DNA of 28,173 nt, from NCBI GenBank assembly GCA_023136205.1, contig JAGLRQ010000077.1, positions 1-28,173 on the forward strand, written 5' to 3'. This document shows positions 22,219 through 28,173 of this stretch, in pieces. The notes beneath the pieces are model-generated. The model was not told the origin of the DNA, ran no database searches, and saw only the letters and a program-made list of their open reading frames with translations. Position 1 is the stretch's first letter, and each line of letters opens with the position of its first letter. The stretch comes from Candidatus Auribacterota bacterium. GTDB lineage: Bacteria > Auribacterota > UBA6266. A program made the translations under genes and the position numbers.

Positions 22219-23490
22219 ATGCAAATCAAAATTAAAAAAATAGTATATCCGGGAAAAAGCCTCTCTCAAATCGAAGGCAAAATAATTTTTACCGATGAAG
22301 GGCTGCCCGGGGAGTCCGTAGAGGTTGAACCGGTTAAAGAAAAAAATAATTTCATCGAGGGAAAAACAGTTAATATAATTTCTCCTTCCGCTCATAGAAT
22401 AAAACCACGATGCTCACATTATAAAATATGCGCGCCATATCAATATATGGACTACGACACCCAGATAAAAATTAAACAAGCGCAATTAAAAGAAGATTTT
22501 TTTGCCCACCAGCTGAAAACAGATCTGCCGGGCCTCATTTTCCGTCCGGCCCCGAATATATGGAATTACAGGAATAAAATCAGCTTCAATATAATGTGGG
22601 AAAACAACATCCCCTATCTTGCTTACAATCTGCCTGATTCCCCGACACAGTTCGAAAAAATAGAGGAATGTTTTCTCGTCCCCGGCAGGATAAACTTACT
22701 ATTAAAACACATGCTGGGACTAATCAAAGATGCCAATATGGAATTTATAAATAAAGTAGTGATAAAAGAAAGTTCGGATAAAAAGAATATACTGCTAACG
22801 CTTTATGGCGATCAGCGCAAAGAGCTAAAAGATTTTTCTGATAGCTGCGAGAAATTAACAACTCATTTCCCTATCAGCGGCATAATCTATATCTGTAAAA
22901 ATCAAAATACCAGCCTTACTCTATCGGGAAATTATTTTATTAAAGAATTCATCGGAAAAACACAATTTCTGATAGGAGCCGAATCATTTTTTCAGACAAA
23001 TATCGAAATGTTAAAGATATTGCTGGAAGACATGACAAAATCTATATTATTAGATAAAAATAAAATCATTGCTGATCTTTACTGCGGAGTCGGGACATTC
23101 GGGATTCTGCTGGCAAAGAAAGTGTCAAAAGTTATCGGCGTAGAATCATCAAAAGAAAATATAAGTTTTCTGAAGAAAAATATTGAGCTCAACAACATTA
23201 CCAATTTTCATATTAGGAAAGGCGACTGCCGGAAATTAATAGAATCTGTGTTAAAAACATCCCCGGACGTTTTAATTTTCAACCCTCCAAGAAAGGGATT
23301 GGATAAAACTATTTGCGATCATATCCTTATGAAACCGCCCCGGGCTATAGCCTATATATCATGCAATCCGGCAACGCTCACAAGAGACTTGAAAATACTA
23401 TTATCCGTGTACAAACTGAAGAAAATCTTCGCGTACGACTTTTTCCCGCAAACACCGCACATGGAAACATTGGTTATTTTAGAGAAATAG
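22219..23490 (+). CDS. RumA/TrmA-family RNA (uracil-5-)-methyltransferase, RlmD-like (423 aa from ATG 22219)
   Basis: TRAM-like N-terminus (GESVEVEPVKEKNNFIEGK), FFQTN, DLYCGVGTFG (SAM motif I), NPPRKG, YISCNPATLTRDL (catalytic Cys motif). The upstream 32 codons of the track ORF overlap the PLD gene end and hairpin. Confidence 0.85.
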   Translation: MQIKIKKIVYPGKSLSQIEGKIIFTDEGLPGESVEVEPVKEKNNFIEGKTVNIISPSAHRIKPRCSHYKICAPYQYMDYDTQIKIKQAQLKEDFFAHQLKTDLPGLIFRPAPNIWNYRNKISFNIMWENNIPYLAYNLPDSPTQFEKIEECFLVPGRINLLLKHMLGLIKDANMEFINKVVIKESSDKKNILLTLYGDQRKELKDFSDSCEKLTTHFPISGIIYICKNQNTSLTLSGNYFIKEFIGKTQFLIGAESFFQTNIEMLKILLEDMTKSILLDKNKIIADLYCGVGTFGILLAKKVSKVIGVESSKENISFLKKNIELNNITNFHIRKGDCRKLIESVLKTSPDVLIFNPPRKGLDKTICDHILMKPPRAIAYISCNPATLTRDLKILLSVYKLKKIFAYDFFPQTPHMETLVILEK

Positions 23491-23491
23491 G

Positions 23492-23520
23492 GATCAATAG
23501 ATATCCGGAATATCCTGATC
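23492..23520. terminator. possible bidirectional terminator between convergent genes
   Basis: GATCA-ATA-GATAT-CCGGA-ATATC-C-TGATC, followed by the T-rich run TTTGTCCTATTTCTT. Confidence 0.4.
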
Positions 23521-23526
23521 TTTGTC

Positions 23527-26500
23527 CTATTTCTTCGGCGTTGTAGCACTATCTAAATTAGAATAACTCGAATCACCGGCAGTATTAAAAGCTCTAACTC
23601 TATAAATATAAGTCTTGCCCCGTTTCAGGCCACCATCGGTAAAACTGGTAATATCCGCGGAGATAACCGCGATTTCCTCAAACAATTTTCGCTCCCTGCG
23701 TTCTATCTTAAAACCATCCTCATTATCAGACTTGTCCTGCCAGGTTAGGTTAATTTGACTTTTGGATATGGCCGTTACCGAAAGATCCGACGGCGCGGCT
23801 GGAGGAATAATAATATTGTCATTAACCGTAACTATACAACTATCAGTATCAACCGCTCCATTGTTATCTGTCACGGTTAAAACTACAGTATAATCATCAG
23901 CCACACTGTAGCTATAGGCCGGAGTTATTCCCAAGCCGATAGCCCCATCGCCAAAATCCCAGATGTAATCCACAATACTTCCATCCGGATCTATAGAGCC
24001 AGAACCATCAAAAACTACCAGATCATCAACCAGTACTGTTTGATCTATACCGGCATCAGCAACAGGAGGCTGGTTCAAAGTTGATTTTATATATAAACCC
24101 GTATGTCGAGCATCATGAAGGAATTGAGCCCATTCGATAGTTGCCTGGTCATAAAAGGATAATGGCAAATCCCAAACAAATACGTTAAAATTGTAGTCTA
24201 CCCAAATAATTTCGATTTCTCCATCCCCGTCAACATCAGCCAAAGCCGGTGTACTTCTCGGTGACGGGCCTAAATTGGATGCCCTTAAAACAGGAAGGGA
24301 CGCATTATAGGGCATCATGTTAAGATACGGTGAATTATCTGAAGCAATAATTTCCATACATCCGTCATCATTAACATCACCTATTGCCGCTGCCCCAAAA
24401 CCATAATATTGGCCCCAAGCATTTATCCAGACATTTCTTCTAGATAGCACCTTTGGCCATGTCTCATCAACTAACGTTCCATCATAACGCAAGGCATAAA
24501 GAATACTATTGGCCATATCGTCTTCCGCTCCAATAATGATTTCGGGATTTCCATCAGCGTTTATGTCTCCCAAGGTCGGCGGACTTATTTCTACCAATGT
24601 ATTGGTAATAAGATTTGAAGGGTTAACCGGCCAACCGGCCATGTCGCTGCCATCATGATGAATAACATAGACAATTTTATCATTTGAAGAAGATACAATA
24701 ATCTCAAGATCCGCGTCTCCGTCTAAATCCCCTAAGACTAAAGATACCCAATAAGTTTGCAATATCGGCCCAATAACTTCATATGTGCCATTCGGGTTCA
24801 AAACATGAATACGCGAAGCATTGTAGGGGCCTGTAACAACCACAATTTCTTTCTCGCCATCATTATCTACATCACCAACCGCGGCATTGGTCATAGTGTA
24901 GTAGTTTCCTAATTCAACCGGCCACCCGATTAAAGAATTTCCATTGATATCTACAACATTAATTTTCCCATAGGTGGATACCAGGACTATATCCAACTGG
25001 CCATCACCATTAATATCTTCAATAATCGGTTTCCCAGCTAAATTAAGATTGGGCCATCCGTATACTAATGTCCCATCATGATTCCAAACATATTTACCTT
25101 TTCCTGAAACTATTTCCATAAAACCATCCCCATCTAAATCAGCCGCAACCGGACTATCCTGGACAGCAGCATCTACTTCCTGCGGCCATCCGGGCAAAAA
25201 CTGACCATCATCCGTAAATATATATACCTGCTTGCCATAACCAATGATAATTTCATCTGTTCCATCATTATTTATATCGGCCACCGTATGAGTACTGAAT
25301 TGCAGCACACCAGGACCTGAATAATAAGGCGGGATTTTCTGCGGCCATCCGTTTTTAAGCAGGGGGTCCAGATGAATATGTATCTCATAAATATCTGTCA
25401 ACGAGCCAAATTTAGTAAGCCGCAAAGTGTATATGCCGGCAGTAGAAATAACACTGGAATCAAAAGTCGCTAAAAGCCCCTCAACTACCGGCAAATTTCC
25501 TTCGTTGCTTAAAATAATACCCTCGTCTGTAACAGGGCCAATGGCATTTCCACTATTATTTGTAAGAAAATACTCGACTCTATAGTTTATAAAGTTTGAA
25601 TCACAGGCTGTTCCTCTTATTTCAATACTATTATTCTGAGCACTTAAAAAATCCCGTTCTTTCGGAGATGTTATATATGTGTTTTGAACAGTAACTAAAA
25701 TCCTATCTTCATAACGATTGTTCAGAGTATCAATTACCGTCACTTTTATGGTATAGTCACCGTCGGTTACGAACGACGTATCCCAATTCGGAACTAAAAT
25801 ATTGTTCTCGACAACAGAAGTTCCACTGTTTAGCATTGTCCACGTCCGCGGGACATTCCCTTCTCCGCATTCAACTTTAAAGCTGGCAAAACTGCTGCCG
25901 CTAGCTGTTCCCTTTATATTGACAATTTCGCTTACAAGCGCGTATGCCGATGGTGCGGAAATTTTTGCCGTGCAAAATGAATTAACTGTAAGCGCTTTAT
26001 AAGCGTTAATCCGGCCAAAGCCAAAATTCAAATCCCAACCAGTATCTCCCAGGTCATCAGCAGAAACTCTAATTATCTGTCTCACCTCTTCATTCGTAAG
26101 GTTCGGATTTTTAGAAATCACTAGAGCAGCTAAACCACTAACATGAGGACAAGCCATGGAAGTTCCCGCCTGCCTATAATATTTCTCTCCAACTACCAAC
26201 TCACTATACGCTTTACCCTCAGCCCGTAAAGATAAAATATTGCGTACCGGTTCATAATTCGGAGGAGGGTTGCTAATACCTGAACCTGGCGCGGCAACAT
26301 CTATTTTTACGCCCCAGTTCGAAAAATATGATTTTGCATCATTGTGGTCGCTTGAAGCCACGGTAATAACATTTGTAAACCCCGCCGGACGGTAATTAGC
26401 TACATCCGCATTGCTATTGCCGGCAGCAGCTACAATTACACACCCAAAAGCATGAGCATAATTAACCGCGTCTTCAAGGATTGGAGAAGATCCCACTCCC

Positions 26501-27711
26501 CCCCAGGAATTACTAAGGACATCAGCACCGTTATCAGCCGCGTATTTAATAGAATTAGCTAATTGTGAATCATAACCTGAACCATTATCATCTAATCCTT
26601 TAACCGCCATAACCTTAGCCTGGGGAGCAACACCAATTATCCCTATTGAATTATTACCGACAGCGGCAATTGTTCCCGCACAATGAGTCCCATGACCGCT
26701 TAGTGCGTCTATGGGATCATTATCATCATAAGAAAAATCCCAACCCTTATCATCATCTATATAGCCGTTACCATCATCATCGAGGCCATTATCAGGTTCT
26801 TCTCCGGGGTTAGTCCAAAGGTTGGCCGCTATATCTTCATGATTATAATCAATGCCAGAATCAATTACCGCAACTATCATTCCACTGCCCTGAGCAATGT
26901 CCCAGGCTGGTTCACAATTTAATTTATCCGTTTTCAATCCCCATAAATCACTATAAAGCTGTCCCCAGCTTCCCGTTGAAGCGTAATAAGGATCATCAGG
27001 AACCATAAAAGTTTCATTGATATAGTCCGGTTGGGCATATTCTATATTCGGATCGTCCATGTATCTCGTACAGGCCGCCTCAACATCCATATTCTTTTGT
27101 TCAAATTCCACCCTATAAATATGCCCTAAATAGGGTATTTTGACATTTTTCGGTACGCGTTTAGCGCGGTTGTTGAACCGTTTTTTGTTTTTCTCGTAGT
27201 CTTCAAAAAACTGTTCTTTTGCCTGCCGGCGCCATTGCCCTGCTTGAGTCTTTGAGATATATCCGAACGGTATCTTATCCGCATTACTTTGCCTAAAAAT
27301 CTTCCTCATCCTTTTGACTTTAAATTTTTGGTTAAGATTATCCAAATTAGAATTGCCGGTTATAGTTTGAAAATCCTGACTCCTTTCAATCAATTTCCCC
27401 GCGACAATGCCTACATCCGCGTCATCCTTGAATTTGATAATAATCTTATCCCGGACATAATTAGATTGTTCTTTCTCTCTCTTTAAAACATCAGTTTCTG
27501 ATTTAGATTGTTCTTTCTCTTTCTTTAAATCATCCGTTTCTGATGAGGTTACAAAAAGTATCTGATTTTCACCCTCGGCTATAACCTCAATTTTAAAACC
27601 ATTCTCATTTTTTTCTTCTATCATCTTTGCCCGTAAATCGGGAACAAAGGAAACAGTAATACCACATATTAAAAACAGCCCTAAAATACCAAATCCTGTT
27701 ATCTTCCCCAT
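23527..27711 (-). CDS. S8 (subtilisin-like) serine peptidase with FG-GAP/VCBS-type repeats, a PKD domain and a C-terminal fibronectin type III domain (1,394 aa from ATG 27711)
   Basis: Catalytic triad motifs VAVIDSGIDYNHEDI, GHGTHCAGTIAA and GTSMACPHVSGLAALV. At least 8 Ca-binding-type D.(D/N).DG..EI repeats (DINNDGTDEIIIG, ADLDGDGFMEIV, GDVDNDGEKEIVVV ...). PKD domain: FDGSGSIDPDGSIVDYIWDFGDG...VVLTVTDNNG. Fn3: LTWQDKSDNEDGFKIERRE...YIYRVRAFN. Signal anchor MGKITGFGILGLFLICGITVSF, preceded by AAGGGGG. Confidence 0.9.
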   Translation of the reverse strand: MGKITGFGILGLFLICGITVSFVPDLRAKMIEEKNENGFKIEVIAEGENQILFVTSSETDDLKKEKEQSKSETDVLKREKEQSNYVRDKIIIKFKDDADVGIVAGKLIERSQDFQTITGNSNLDNLNQKFKVKRMRKIFRQSNADKIPFGYISKTQAGQWRRQAKEQFFEDYEKNKKRFNNRAKRVPKNVKIPYLGHIYRVEFEQKNMDVEAACTRYMDDPNIEYAQPDYINETFMVPDDPYYASTGSWGQLYSDLWGLKTDKLNCEPAWDIAQGSGMIVAVIDSGIDYNHEDIAANLWTNPGEEPDNGLDDDGNGYIDDDKGWDFSYDDNDPIDALSGHGTHCAGTIAAVGNNSIGIIGVAPQAKVMAVKGLDDNGSGYDSQLANSIKYAADNGADVLSNSWGGVGSSPILEDAVNYAHAFGCVIVAAAGNSNADVANYRPAGFTNVITVASSDHNDAKSYFSNWGVKIDVAAPGSGISNPPPNYEPVRNILSLRAEGKAYSELVVGEKYYRQAGTSMACPHVSGLAALVISKNPNLTNEEVRQIIRVSADDLGDTGWDLNFGFGRINAYKALTVNSFCTAKISAPSAYALVSEIVNIKGTASGSSFASFKVECGEGNVPRTWTMLNSGTSVVENNILVPNWDTSFVTDGDYTIKVTVIDTLNNRYEDRILVTVQNTYITSPKERDFLSAQNNSIEIRGTACDSNFINYRVEYFLTNNSGNAIGPVTDEGIILSNEGNLPVVEGLLATFDSSVISTAGIYTLRLTKFGSLTDIYEIHIHLDPLLKNGWPQKIPPYYSGPGVLQFSTHTVADINNDGTDEIIIGYGKQVYIFTDDGQFLPGWPQEVDAAVQDSPVAADLDGDGFMEIVSGKGKYVWNHDGTLVYGWPNLNLAGKPIIEDINGDGQLDIVLVSTYGKINVVDINGNSLIGWPVELGNYYTMTNAAVGDVDNDGEKEIVVVTGPYNASRIHVLNPNGTYEVIGPILQTYWVSLVLGDLDGDADLEIIVSSSNDKIVYVIHHDGSDMAGWPVNPSNLITNTLVEISPPTLGDINADGNPEIIIGAEDDMANSILYALRYDGTLVDETWPKVLSRRNVWINAWGQYYGFGAAAIGDVNDDGCMEIIASDNSPYLNMMPYNASLPVLRASNLGPSPRSTPALADVDGDGEIEIIWVDYNFNVFVWDLPLSFYDQATIEWAQFLHDARHTGLYIKSTLNQPPVADAGIDQTVLVDDLVVFDGSGSIDPDGSIVDYIWDFGDGAIGLGITPAYSYSVADDYTVVLTVTDNNGAVDTDSCIVTVNDNIIIPPAAPSDLSVTAISKSQINLTWQDKSDNEDGFKIERRERKLFEEIAVISADITSFTDGGLKRGKTYIYRVRAFNTAGDSSYSNLDSATTPKK

Positions 27712-27967
27712 TTCTTTTCCCCCTTCATCCTTTTTCAAATTATTAGGCTGATTGTAACACATTTCAGACCTCTTCGCAATCCCGGGTATAGACATAGAAC
27801 AGAAGAAGGCCAGACAAAAGTGCTTGAAGTAAGCAGGGCTTGGTAATATGATAATGAAAAGTAAATTTATGTGGTGGAAAATGTGGTACAAGGGCTATTT
27901 TAAGCACAAAATTGACCTAAAACCTCGCTCTCCGTCATTAGGAAACAGGGAAATACAATACCTATTA

Positions 27968-28173
27968 ATGAAGCCGGGACATAAAAAATATATTCTAAAG
28001 AATATCAATAAGGCCTCCATAAAACAGATTGCCCGGGAACTCAACCTAAAGGAAAGAAAGATAAAAAAATTCATGGAAAGACAAAAGAAAAAGCCCGCGA
28101 ATTCTAAAAAAGAAACAAAAGGCCCCCGTAAACGAGCAGTTTTAGTAATATCTATCGCTTTGATAATAATCCT
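27968..28173 (+). CDS. partial ORF (5' part; runs off the window): hypothetical membrane-anchored protein
   Basis: MKPGHKKYILKNINKASIKQIARELNLKERKIKKFMERQKKKPANSKKETKGPRKRAVLVISIALIIIL... The frame is open from ATG 27848, so the start is uncertain. A basic linker is followed by the onset of a TM helix. Confidence 0.4.
   Translation, partial: MKPGHKKYILKNINKASIKQIARELNLKERKIKKFMERQKKKPANSKKETKGPRKRAVLVISIALIII

Noticed and set aside
27712-27891. N-terminal extensions of track ORFs: S8 protease to 27891, MFS to 17054, small acidic protein to 14488, RlmD-like from 22123
   Set aside because: The extensions are encoded by intergenic repeat modules (MEKSWIYVKM / MEKCLIYVNM come from the CATCTTAACATAAATCC module) or overlap the upstream gene. 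Internal ATGs with SD-like sequences and proper signal peptides or N-termini are more plausible.

Overview
Low-GC bacterial fragment. No lineage can be assigned from the sequence alone, and all protein-family calls below are by-eye motif recognition, not searches. The left ~14 kb is an accessory, defence-type island that is mostly minus-strand. It holds a truncated metallophosphoesterase gene and a loose cluster of five uncharacterised genes, including a 4-TM protein, a UDG-superfamily-like protein and a weakly nitrilase-like protein. It also holds a stand-alone GHKL-ATPase fused to a PD-(D/E)xK-like nuclease on the + strand. Next comes a tightly packed four-gene cassette: GIY-YIG/DUF4357-like nuclease, RadC-JAB fused to an N6A-methyltransferase, a Dam-family methyltransferase, and an AlwI/BstNBI-family type IIS endonuclease. 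This cassette is bounded by a perfect 18-bp inverted repeat, is much more AT-rich than its surroundings, and its genes lack the GGAGG-type ribosome-binding sites seen on neighbouring genes. A NucS-like PD-(D/E)xK gene follows, bracketed by ~140-bp direct repeats. The right ~14 kb carries a beta-rich repeat protein, an MFS transporter, and an operon of a secreted tandem-repeat protein plus a HEAT-repeat protein. It also carries a secreted PLD/HKD nuclease with an HTH-like tail, a RumA/TrmA-family RNA m5U methyltransferase, a 1,394-aa S8 protease with FG-GAP/PKD/Fn3 modules, and a partial ORF. A modular intergenic repeat family runs through the whole window: a GGGACAGTCC hairpin module, a CATCTTAACATAAATCC module, and AGATTT-N-AAATCT palindromes. 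This family includes a shared promoter-plus-leader whose G5/C5 hairpin unit is present 3x before one gene and 1x before another, with the last G-tract where the Shine-Dalgarno should be. I recognised no tRNA, rRNA, CRISPR array, transposase or integrase. The best candidates for something new are the RadC::MTase-containing multi-nuclease R-M cassette, the GHKL-nuclease fusion, the hairpin-bracketed UDG-like/nitrilase-like pair, and the repeated leader element.
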